From Escherichia phage vB_EcoM_Goslar, in sequence record NC_048170.1: a DNA stretch of 64,000 nucleotides; one strand, given 5' to 3'. This document shows positions 40,202 through 49,190 of this stretch, in pieces (within the stretch, counting starts at the first letter, position 1; each line of letters begins with the position of its first letter). Made by a program: the position numbers and the translations under genes. The notes below the pieces were generated by a model that searched no databases, was not told the origin of the DNA, and was given only the letters and a program-made list of their open reading frames with translations.

Positions 40202-40214
40202 AGCGTCACCGTCG
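40202..40214 (-). CDS. RNA polymerase beta'-like N-terminal subunit, proposed 13-nt mini-exon (encodes D-G-D-A)
   Basis: Minus-sense CGACGGTGACGCT supplies GAC GGT GAC; joined to exon 1 (...GAC TT) it restores NADFDGD. Confidence 0.4.
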
Positions 40215-41654
40215 CTTACGTGCACCGACGTTTATTAACTCATGGTTATCCACTGAAATACGGCGTTAGGGAAATAATCCTTCTTGCCGCGTTTTGAGAT
40301 TTGCAATGCCATATTACTCGGAGACAATCTGTAATGCCATGCTGCTTCATCGATAGAACTAAACTTCTTTGTTTCACCGTTATCAAAGATGATTTTCAAC
40401 GCCAGTTTAGGTAAATCGTCTTCCGTTTCTACTAATTCGAAAGAATCGATATTCTCTGCCAGCGTCAACGGATCAACTGGTAATATCAGCCAACCAGCAC
40501 GCTGCAATCCTCCACGTAGACTAATTTGTTTATTCAACGCAGGGGTAGCCATGCCAACTAACTTAGCAGCCAGCTTGCGGTCTTTAATATAAAGACGATA
40601 ATCTCCGGTATTATTAATAGCATACACACCAAAGTTATTGAACGATACCTTTCCAGCATCGGAACTAGTAAAGCCTACAAAGTCGTGGCTGTCGGTAGCC
40701 ACGTCGTATTTAAATGCTAATGGCTTGTTTCGACTGCCGCTAAGATACTTCTTGGCTGTAGATACCGATATGTTGAGATATCGTCCAATAGCATTCAAAC
40801 TTTCTAGTTCGATGATTTCTCCTGTCAATATGTCCTTTAACCGAACATTACCCATCGGTATTGGTGGTTTACCGACATAACCCAATTCACGATATGCGTG
40901 TTTCAAGTTATCTGAATCAGTAGCCCATTCCAAATTTTCTAGTCTGTTATCCCAACGCACCCCATTAAGATGATTAGGGACACGACGGATTATACCTGAC
41001 GTCGGATCTGGGTTAAATGTTTCAAGGACAATCTGATGATGGTATTTCACTTTATTGTTCCTAGTGAAAGCGCGATAGTTGTTTTTGCCCGACTTGGGTG
41101 GTTCAGTACGAAACAACACTGTCAGACTAGACACATCTACTATCGTACCGTTCTTATTAACAACGATACCATCAAAACCATTAACAGGACGATAATCAGA
41201 CAAACAATCTTCAGAAATTGCCTGTCCAACTAAAGGTTCACTCAATTTGACCTCCTTTATAAAAGAAGTCGGTGCACGTAATTATCGACTATATCTTCAT
41301 CCTCGTTGCGAGGAGTCTCCCGTTTTGGTCTGTGTTTAACAGAGCCTACTCTACTCGACATCGCGTCTTTCGATAGTCTGTGAGCACACATCTTAACGAA
41401 CATTCGTGGATTCCTAAACAGGTGAACGTTCTTGTTGAGATGCTTCGCTGCGGATTATTCCCGTCCTACCTCTTTTACCCTACCCAGTTCATTACGCTGG
41501 CCCTCATCTGTGTCACCACGATGAGTTGGTGTGTAGTCCGATTACAGAAACTTCCCGTCAATTAGAGAGTTTTAACTACGTTCCTGTTACCAGAAACCCG
41601 ACTCCGACGATATCAATAAATCAACGTAAGTTATTGATTTAATTGAAGAAACTG
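40215..41654 (-). mobile_element. putative group I intron 1 carrying an HNH homing endonuclease gene
   Basis: Minus-sense P AATTGACGGGAAG (41563-41551), Q AATCCGCAGC (41456-41447), R CTCACAGACTATCG (41384-41371), S AAGATATAGTCGA (41297-41285). Candidate internal guide GAGTCGG (41604-41598) pairs with the exon 1 end CCGACTT with G-U at the splice site. 14-bp inverted repeat (41268-41281 and 40216-40229) encloses the ORF; terminal G at 40215. Confidence 0.6.
40235..41245 (-). CDS. HNH homing endonuclease (intron-encoded)
   Basis: KYHHQIV...VPNHLNGVRWDNRLENLEWATDSDNLKH matches the HNH motif; C-terminal helix-turn-helix-like regions; TTG start 5 nt after AAAGGAGGT. Confidence 0.75.
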   Translation of the reverse strand: MSEPLVGQAISEDCLSDYRPVNGFDGIVVNKNGTIVDVSSLTVLFRTEPPKSGKNNYRAFTRNNKVKYHHQIVLETFNPDPTSGIIRRVPNHLNGVRWDNRLENLEWATDSDNLKHAYRELGYVGKPPIPMGNVRLKDILTGEIIELESLNAIGRYLNISVSTAKKYLSGSRNKPLAFKYDVATDSHDFVGFTSSDAGKVSFNNFGVYAINNTGDYRLYIKDRKLAAKLVGMATPALNKQISLRGGLQRAGWLILPVDPLTLAENIDSFELVETEDDLPKLALKIIFDNGETKKFSSIDEAAWHYRLSPSNMALQISKRGKKDYFPNAVFQWITMS

Positions 41655-42910
41655 AAGTCGGCATTATAACCTTTGAGGATCATCACGCTTAACCCGATGG
41701 TGTTATCCTGCGGATCGCGTTTAACCTTGGTGATTTCAAGACATTGGTTACTGCTTCGGTCAAGTGATGGGTTTCGAACAAAGCCACACACAATCCCATC
41801 GAACGGTGTATCAGCAATAAGCTCATCGTGCAGCTCGCTCATCATCGGATGATAATTACGGACATGTTCCGCAACGAACGCACGTGCTGCTCTCGGTGAA
41901 TAACCACGATGGAATAACTTGGATTGGATATGTTCTTTATTGGTTAAAGTAAATGGTGCGTATGGGAAATGCAGATGATAATAACGATGGTTCGCTGTTA
42001 TCGAACTGATTACAGTACGCGTGGTGAATGGATGTAATGTACCTAATATGTTTTTACGTGTAATACCTTTCTTCTTACCGATGAACTCATCGAAAATCGC
42101 CGCGTGGTATTGCAGCAGCTTCAATTGCACTTTCGCCATCCAGTTTTCTTTCTTTCTGGCGCTCAAAGGTGTTGTTGGATGATAGATACTATTCAACGTA
42201 CCGATAGCATCGATCGCACCTTCCATTTTGCTATCTGCATAACGACCGGTCGGCGTATTTTCGATAACGAACATCATGGCCGCAGGAAAGCTGATATACT
42301 GACTGAAGAACTTATCACGATGGATTCGGATGAATTCTCGTAGCGTGTCAACTTTCTCCGTGTTCTTCGGTCCACGTAACGTAGGTCCTTTATACAAGAT
42401 CTCCATGATGCGATCGAAGTTCTGTATAAAGCTATTTACGCCACGACGTATCCCGAATACATCGAATTGCTGCTCCAGATAGTTCTTGAGTTCGATGGGT
42501 CGTTTTACATTTGGACGGTAACTGGCATCAATGAGCCACGTCATCGTTTCAAAGCTTTTGATATTCAACTCGCTTGCCAGCACGAGATGGACCAACGGGT
42601 TAATGAACGCATCGATTCCTTCAGGAACACGCGCCCAAACCGTCGAACGAATCTCTTGTTCTGCTGGGTAGGTTACAACCGTTTTACAGTTTGGACACAC
42701 CGTGCCGAGTAGCTCACCACGATTGTAGAAACCACAACCACATTGTGGTGTGATATCCAACGTATCGCTGGAATAAACACGGGTGATAAAACTGTTTAAT
42801 TTCTTCTTCTCTTCGACGACTTTTGTATCGTAATCGTTCAACAAAATCGGCGTAAAAGGAAGTTCTGCGAGCTGTCTATCGAAACTCACGATATCGAGCA
42901 TGATGGCCAT
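41655..42910 (-). CDS. RNA polymerase beta'-like N-terminal subunit, exon 1
   Basis: Zinc ribbon CGCGFYN...CPNC; GITRKNILGTLHPFTTRTVI parallels [20 protein letters not shown]; ends ...LKGYNADF. The unspliced ORF then reads SFFN-stop. Confidence 0.7.
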
Positions 42911-42952
42911 GGGGTATCTCCTACAAATGAAAAAGAACGTTAGGACGTATAA

Positions 42953-42976
42953 GGGAGGGAGGTTGCCCTCCCTCCC
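42953..42976 (-). terminator. GC hairpin downstream of the 631-aa gene
   Basis: Perfect 10-bp inverted repeat gggagggagg/cctccctccc with 4-nt loop. Confidence 0.5.
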
Positions 42977-43002
42977 GTCAGATTACATCGAACGTTCTTC
43001 CA

Positions 43003-44898
43003 TTAGAACAGGTTGAATGCCCCACCCATGTTGTTAACGCCAACATTCGGACGATCGCTACGTGCGTAGATGTTACCGGAGATGTTACCCAGACCACGAG
43101 CACGTGCTGCCATGTTACCACGAACAGCGGTACCTGCCAGATGCTGGATGTTCTCAGGACGGATGGTGAAGCCAGCATCAGCAGCGGCTTCGATCAGCGC
43201 CTGCAGTGCTAACGGATCGAAGTCGTAACGCATTGCCCAGCCGGTTTGTTCCCAGCTACCAGACAGAACACGATCGATGATTTCGTGACGAGCGACAACA
43301 CGCTGAGACATCGTCATATCGGTACGGTCGAAGCTGTCTTCCCAAGCTTCTACGGTATCCGGGTTAGTGATGTTCATCATGTACAGATCGTCCATATCAC
43401 GAATATCGTGACGGTGACCATCCTGGTGGTTGTAGTGACCCAGCGGGATACGGTTACCGGTAGCGTAGACCAGCGGTAAGCCGTATTGATATTTCTTGCT
43501 GAAGCAACCCAGGGTAACATCATCGAACGCACGGTAAAGCGCTTTGTAACCTTCGGAGATTTCACGGACTTCACCTTCAACTTTGCCCGTATAGATCTTC
43601 TCAGCCGCCGGGATCATACGCAGCAGCCAGCTGTACTCACCTTCTTCCGGTACGTCGATAGAAATCAGCAGAGACGGATACAGTACCTGTTGCAGGAACT
43701 TGTAAATCTGCTCGTTGGTTTGAGTGGACAGATCCAGCGGTGCGGTAACTTCCGGATCCAGTACCATCGCCAGAGCACCCGGGTTATGCGGACCAATACC
43801 ACGGGCAGCGTTGCTGATTAAAGACTGTGCCCACGCCATACCGCTGTTCAGCGTAGCGATGGTGCCAATCAGCCCCAACACGAAAGTGTTCGGCGTGAAC
43901 GCATCCAGCTCCAGCGGGTAAGCGCTGGTCATCACGTAACGCGGCTGGTATTGTACAGTCGGCGGTACCGGATAACCGTTAACCAGAACAGGGCCTTGGT
44001 TGAAGGTCGGGTTCTGCGGGCTGTAGGTCAGGTCGATGTAACCGGTGGTGGCGACCAGACGCTGTTGACTATCGTAATCGCTCATCGCTTGACGGATACG
44101 GTTAGAGATAGTTACAGTGATGTCAGAACGCACAGGGTTACCAACAATATCGCTGTCCTGCATACCGCTGGTGTTATACTGAACGCTGCTGATTGGCTGA
44201 TCGCTTGCCATCATGCCCAGGTTGAACTGCGGCAGACCCAGTTTATCACCGAGACGGATTTCGATCGCGGTTTGGATTGCGTTATCTGCAGCAGACAGCA
44301 GGGTGGTTGCCAGATGCGCAGATTCAGCGGTGATTTCATTGGTCACCACAGCCAGACCAGCGATACGAGCAGTACCATTAGACTTACCGCCAATAGCTGC
44401 ATACATTGCCGCCATGACTTCGTTGATGAACGTACCGTTCAGGTTATCAACCCAGGTACGCGGTACCAGAATGTTACCATGCGGACCTTGTTCTTCACGA
44501 CGCGGCAGCGGAGCCAAACCGGCAACCAGCGGAAGCACATAACCAAAGAAGTGGTTATGGTCACCAACTTTTGCACCACTCATAACGACCAGGGTCGGAT
44601 ACGGTACGCTGTACTGGTTCGGGTCAACCGCAACAAAGATGAAGTCGTCTTTGAACCGGGTATCTTCCAGATATTTCTCCATCAGACGACGGAGATTCAG
44701 TACCTGCTCGGAGCCAGTATTACGGCTAATACGACGGCTCAGTGTACGGTTGATCGTACGCATCGTATGAGTTACTTTAGGCTGGCCAGCAAAATCTGCA
44801 GCGGTTTCCAGCGCCTCATCAGCACGTTGTGCGGTGCGGGTTTCAGCTGCACGAATTTCTACATTATCGTTACCGTTATTACGTACGTCTAAGCCCAT
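43003..44898 (-). CDS. abundant structural protein candidate: chimallin-like nuclear-shell protein (alternative: capsid or sheath protein)
   Basis: 631-aa ORF with codon usage that looks strongly biased; promoter-like motif 67 nt upstream; sits immediately upstream of the beta'-N gene, the arrangement I recall for the phiKZ shell-protein and RNAP genes. No diagnostic motif seen by eye. Confidence 0.45.
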   Translation of the reverse strand: MGLDVRNNGNDNVEIRAAETRTAQRADEALETAADFAGQPKVTHTMRTINRTLSRRISRNTGSEQVLNLRRLMEKYLEDTRFKDDFIFVAVDPNQYSVPYPTLVVMSGAKVGDHNHFFGYVLPLVAGLAPLPRREEQGPHGNILVPRTWVDNLNGTFINEVMAAMYAAIGGKSNGTARIAGLAVVTNEITAESAHLATTLLSAADNAIQTAIEIRLGDKLGLPQFNLGMMASDQPISSVQYNTSGMQDSDIVGNPVRSDITVTISNRIRQAMSDYDSQQRLVATTGYIDLTYSPQNPTFNQGPVLVNGYPVPPTVQYQPRYVMTSAYPLELDAFTPNTFVLGLIGTIATLNSGMAWAQSLISNAARGIGPHNPGALAMVLDPEVTAPLDLSTQTNEQIYKFLQQVLYPSLLISIDVPEEGEYSWLLRMIPAAEKIYTGKVEGEVREISEGYKALYRAFDDVTLGCFSKKYQYGLPLVYATGNRIPLGHYNHQDGHRHDIRDMDDLYMMNITNPDTVEAWEDSFDRTDMTMSQRVVARHEIIDRVLSGSWEQTGWAMRYDFDPLALQALIEAAADAGFTIRPENIQHLAGTAVRGNMAARARGLGNISGNIYARSDRPNVGVNNMGGAFNLF

Positions 44899-44964
44899 TT
44901 GGGATTCCTCTTTTCTTAAACTTTATTAAATGACGTCATTGAATCAGCTTCTACTCGCTCATTC

Positions 44965-44988
44965 ACCTAGGTAATATAACCCTGAAAT
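44965..44988 (-). promoter_or_regulatory. conserved promoter-like motif, copy 3
   Basis: cacctaggtaatataaccctgaaa, 20/24 identical to copies 1 and 2; 67 nt upstream of the gene start at 44898. Confidence 0.4.
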
Positions 44989-45152
44989 TTTTTTCAATAT
45001 TGGTGTAACCACATTGAACGATATAAACCCCTAGGCGAACGCTGCCGAGAAGCAACATTCTTTCTACATATAATCAGGATATGTCTGTAAACTTTTACTT
45101 CTCTTATTGAGAGTAATGTCATATCCGTTTACTACCTTCTTACGGAGTTCGT

Positions 45153-46247
45153 ATGTTTCGTGTTTTAAATAACCTCCCGCGAACATCATCGGGTGTGCAA
45201 CCCGTCCCTCAGAAAGACTATCTAATACGCGAAGTTCAAAGAAACCTACAGACAATCCAGAACCACTATCAAGGTTTTACCTTCGCGGTTCAGAGCGATC
45301 ACATCCTTGCGTTGCTGCTCGCACAGCTCCCTATGAGATACGACATCTCAGTACAAACTTACTACGACATGATTCTCGATCTTACCCCAGAATTGGGTAA
45401 TCGTGTCAAGTTGACAACATCAAGATACGCGGGTAAGTTATTCGACGGTGCTTTCTATCCGGGACTGCACGAAGCTATTATCGCAACCGGTGAAAGTCGT
45501 CTTATTTCACGTGATGTTCTTGACAACTGGCGTAATTGGTCACCAGTTAGAATCGTGACGCACCCATACGCAAATCTTCGTTACATTCCTCTTCACCAAA
45601 AGCAGGTTGAAGAAGGACGAGGTTTTGCGGTCATTATGGTTGATGTGCCTTTGTTAGCGCTACAGTATCGAATGTGGTCTTTGGTCATGGGTCATAACGT
45701 CGACGGTAAATGGGTGGTTAAAGAACCGGTTACAAGCTTCCTTGCGAGTTTTCCGTTGGTTAACGCATTATACTCACACAACGATGTTGTTATACGCAAT
45801 CGTTGTTTGTGGGTATCACCGGCTAAGAATCCACTCAAATCACCAATTTACGTTAACGACCTTGATAACGTATTCAGCCAAGTCGTTCTGTCCGTACAGC
45901 ATCATTTATTACGAAGAAGACGAAGCTACACCGATATGCTTAAACAGATACCGAGTTTATACGGGGATCAGTACCAAGCAACCCGAATGGGTTACACCGT
46001 CGATCTTCGACAAACACGATGGGCAAGGGATCTGGGTTGTCTGTCATTATGGCAACAACTCGTCACATTGCAAAACGTATCTGAAAGCGTCGGGTTCAGC
46101 AGTCAAATCGATAACGACCTGTACCGTGCTGCTGACCGTAGTCTAAAAGAAGGTAACTGGGAGTCCTCTCCGTTACCTGGCGATTTAAGACGTGAAGTTA
46201 TCGCACAGGTTGCCGACCTCTTAAAAATTCTTCCCGCCGGTGCATAA
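45153..46247 (+). CDS. hypothetical protein
   Basis: 364-aa plus-strand ORF followed by a GC hairpin (about 46256-46300). Confidence 0.5.
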   Translation: MFRVLNNLPRTSSGVQPVPQKDYLIREVQRNLQTIQNHYQGFTFAVQSDHILALLLAQLPMRYDISVQTYYDMILDLTPELGNRVKLTTSRYAGKLFDGAFYPGLHEAIIATGESRLISRDVLDNWRNWSPVRIVTHPYANLRYIPLHQKQVEEGRGFAVIMVDVPLLALQYRMWSLVMGHNVDGKWVVKEPVTSFLASFPLVNALYSHNDVVIRNRCLWVSPAKNPLKSPIYVNDLDNVFSQVVLSVQHHLLRRRRSYTDMLKQIPSLYGDQYQATRMGYTVDLRQTRWARDLGCLSLWQQLVTLQNVSESVGFSSQIDNDLYRAADRSLKEGNWESSPLPGDLRREVIAQVADLLKILPAGA

Positions 46248-46313
46248 TCACCCCCCTCTTCCCTTGCATCCTCCCAACCCGTAAGGGAAGGGAGGATGGG
46301 GTGGTGGGTTATG

Positions 46314-48467
46314 TTATTCTGCGGTTTCTTGCTTCGGTAAATAACTTGCTGCAATGTCTTGGGCTAACAATGTATTGTTTTTATTCGAGATGAAAATACC
46401 GTAACTTTCCATTAACGCGTAATACGAACGAACGAGCGTAGAGATCAATCGACGAATATCCATACCTTGAATAAAGATATCAGGAAGCCCGGAGGCTTCG
46501 ATCACCGGTAATGGTATCGTTAAGTTGCTTATCGTTTTCTTATCGTTACGTACAATCCAATCACGGAAACGTTGTTGTAACCCTTTATCCTCCCAGGAAT
46601 CAATCCAATCGTTAAGAAGCGTTTTGTTCTTCGTCGCCAACGGCACACGAACCCCAACATAGGGCGGTTCCTGGCAATGGCCGTACGATTGAGCAAACAC
46701 CTCTTCCCACATATCGTAAGACTGTTTCGTTACCGCAACATGTGGCTTCACTTTAACACGTGTTAAGAAATCGGGATCACCTCGTTTCATGGACTCAACG
46801 ATTTCGTTTTCTAACGAGATAATATCATCAAGAACCAATCGAATGCTGATCTTCTCGTTACGTAACAGCTTATCCATGATACCACACATCATGCGTTCAA
46901 CACGTTTGACGATCATTTTTGGTGCTGACGCGTCACGCATAACCGGACCTTTCAATTCCAGCTTCGGTGGGTTGATAGGAACCCCCTCACGCATGGTCAT
47001 GTAACCGTAATAGTTTTTACCCATCGAGGTTAACGACAGAATCAAGAACATATATTCGTTCTTCATTTCCATCACGTACATATGCTCTTTCGCTACACCG
47101 ATATTACCAGAACACATCGCCATCAGATGAACCGTAATCTGCGTAACCAGATAGATAAGCGTATTTGCTAAGCGCGTCGAAACTGGATTGATCTCCATAT
47201 TTCCAAATCGCCACTGCACCCACTCCTGGCAGGTAAACACCGTCGAGTCGGTATCAGACAACACACCCACTTCACGGATTGCTGATGGGAAAGCATAAAC
47301 GCCAGCCGGTTGGTTCTCGGTACGCCAGAATGCCATAATCAAATCTGCGTAGCTTTGAATACGCTGTAGCATTAATTTTGTCGTCGCCGCAGTAAGACGA
47401 TAACCAAGTTCATTTCCTTTTTCTAGCGCTACGTAAATCGCTTCCCCGTTCAAGAACTCCGTGCATTGTGCTGTAATCCAAGCGACCGTGTTGTTATCCA
47501 TGGAAGCAATAATGGCTTTAGCCTCTTCCATCGTTTCAACAGGTTCGGATGCCAGCTCACATAACGAGTCAAGAAAATCTCGAACAAATTCAGGATTAAG
47601 CTCACGTAACGAGTACAGGTTATTGCTGTACATGTAGCAGGCACGTTCCAACGGTGTTAAACCGGTAATTAACTCCCGGATAGTCAGTTCTTTCTCTGGG
47701 TCGAAAGTATATCGATGCAAGCATTTCGATACGTTAGCCCAAACCTCTTCCGGCGTAGGGTAATGTAGTTTGTATTTTACCATTACCTGCTCAATGGCTT
47801 TGCGATCGCTGTTACGAACAATACTTACGATGTTTTCAATTGCGATATCACAATCGTAATAATGGAAATTGCCCGCAAGGAAGCGTTCGTTGTTCGCATT
47901 GGCTGAACCTGAAGCACAGCGACATGTTGTCGTTAAACTTGGATGCGCGATCGGATTATAAAAAGGGTTAAACTTGGACGCCTGGGTTCCTGACAAACTG
48001 TTGTTGTCTAACTTGGTGTTGGTTTGTCGTTTATCGTGTAACTCAGCTTCGTCTTTACGTCCGTGTGCTTGCGCTATCGACATTTGTTTCTTTTGTTTCT
48101 TACGCAACTTACCGTTTTCAACCGCGAAGTCGCTTAGCACACTGGAACGTGTTTCACGTGGATAACAGTTAGCCCATACCGGCGTGATAATTAAATTATT
48201 TTCTTTAATATCATTGAAGTATTGGCTGAACTTGATGACTTCTTTTTCACGATTTCCTTCGGTACGCTGTGTTAATACAAGACAGTCGGGATCAACCATC
48301 CCGTATTTTCCACCGGGACGAACCGTATCAAGGACAAACTGCAACGCTTCCTGCTGTGATATCCCACGCATGCGCATTAAGAACAGGGTATAATCCTGTA
48401 CCGCTTCTTTGGTCATATCCAACGTACGACCATATCCGTTTTCATCGTAAAAGAACGGATTTTCCAT
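46314..48467 (-). CDS. hypothetical large protein
   Basis: 717-aa ORF; contains VLSDTDS, superficially like a polymerase motif C, but no other polymerase motifs confirmed. Confidence 0.5.
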   Translation of the reverse strand: MENPFFYDENGYGRTLDMTKEAVQDYTLFLMRMRGISQQEALQFVLDTVRPGGKYGMVDPDCLVLTQRTEGNREKEVIKFSQYFNDIKENNLIITPVWANCYPRETRSSVLSDFAVENGKLRKKQKKQMSIAQAHGRKDEAELHDKRQTNTKLDNNSLSGTQASKFNPFYNPIAHPSLTTTCRCASGSANANNERFLAGNFHYYDCDIAIENIVSIVRNSDRKAIEQVMVKYKLHYPTPEEVWANVSKCLHRYTFDPEKELTIRELITGLTPLERACYMYSNNLYSLRELNPEFVRDFLDSLCELASEPVETMEEAKAIIASMDNNTVAWITAQCTEFLNGEAIYVALEKGNELGYRLTAATTKLMLQRIQSYADLIMAFWRTENQPAGVYAFPSAIREVGVLSDTDSTVFTCQEWVQWRFGNMEINPVSTRLANTLIYLVTQITVHLMAMCSGNIGVAKEHMYVMEMKNEYMFLILSLTSMGKNYYGYMTMREGVPINPPKLELKGPVMRDASAPKMIVKRVERMMCGIMDKLLRNEKISIRLVLDDIISLENEIVESMKRGDPDFLTRVKVKPHVAVTKQSYDMWEEVFAQSYGHCQEPPYVGVRVPLATKNKTLLNDWIDSWEDKGLQQRFRDWIVRNDKKTISNLTIPLPVIEASGLPDIFIQGMDIRRLISTLVRSYYALMESYGIFISNKNNTLLAQDIAASYLPKQETAE

Positions 48468-48530
48468 AAATCCTCCAAAAGTTATTTAGTCTGTCTACAT
48501 CATCTCGTATATCTGTTAAAAAAGAAGGAC

Positions 48531-48570
48531 GGCATAAAAAAGAACCGATCCAGCCGAAGCCAGATCGGTT
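48531..48570 (-). terminator. rho-independent terminator, minus orientation
   Basis: Stem aaccgatc/gatcggtt; minus-sense RNA continues UCUUUUUUAUGCC. Confidence 0.55.
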
Positions 48571-48765
48571 AAAAAGGATAATAACTGACAGAAAGATATC
48601 GATGATGTTCGTGAAACAAGATCTTCTCTCGTGTACAATGATGCTAGATCAGAGGGAGGTTGTAACACGAGAGGTGGTTCGCCAAAGAAGGAATAAAAAC
48701 ACGAACCTATCTTATTTCACTGATGGCACTAACCACTCAAAATATATAGTACTGTATGTAAAAGT

Positions 48766-49179
48766 TTACTGATTAATCAAGTCGTTAGCAACAATCTTGG
48801 TGTAACCTGCCTGATTAAGAATCTGATTAATTTTCGTTACGTCGGTCGCATCCTCAATAACGATGCTGGGTTTATAGATCAGCGTCTTGGTAACGACGAT
48901 TGTACTCTCCTTAATCCAAGGAATCCCTAGAATCACATACTCGCCATCGGCTGTAATGACCTCGACGTAATTGTATTTCGTCGGATCGTTCGGTACACTA
49001 GACGGGAGCCGGGAATAAATCTGTTGGTGAATGGCGTCTACATCACGGCCGTTGCGCACAGCCGTACGATAGTTGTACACGGCGCTAATTTCTACTCCGT
49101 TGAAGTTAACCCCAAGTTCTGGGGCGTATACATCAAAACTCACAACAGAGCCAATCTTTTCTAAATCAGAAGCTGGCAT
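48766..49179 (-). CDS. hypothetical protein
   Basis: 137-aa ORF. Confidence 0.45.
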   Translation of the reverse strand: MPASDLEKIGSVVSFDVYAPELGVNFNGVEISAVYNYRTAVRNGRDVDAIHQQIYSRLPSSVPNDPTKYNYVEVITADGEYVILGIPWIKESTIVVTKTLIYKPSIVIEDATDVTKINQILNQAGYTKIVANDLINQ

Positions 49180-49190
49180 AATAGCATCCT

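Noticed and set aside
39862-40234. tRNA, tmRNA or other small RNA gene in the 370-nt ORF-free gap
   Set aside because: No cloverleaf or T-arm consensus seen; the region instead shows P/Q/R/S-type group I intron elements and splice-compatible boundaries.
40215-41654. Intein rather than intron
   Set aside because: Stop codons follow the exon 1 frame and precede the HNH ORF, which has its own RBS and TTG start; the insert has group I RNA elements rather than in-frame intein splicing blocks.
41639-42910. Treating the 423-aa ORF ending ...NADFSFFN as the complete beta'-N protein, or as a pseudogene
   Set aside because: It would lack the three catalytic aspartates, while the missing DGD codons, canonical group I elements and a homing endonuclease gene sit immediately downstream in a splice-compatible arrangement.
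43951-44892. 313-aa plus-strand ORF
   Set aside because: Lies entirely antisense within the 631-aa minus-strand gene; Thr/Arg-rich composition typical of antisense frames.
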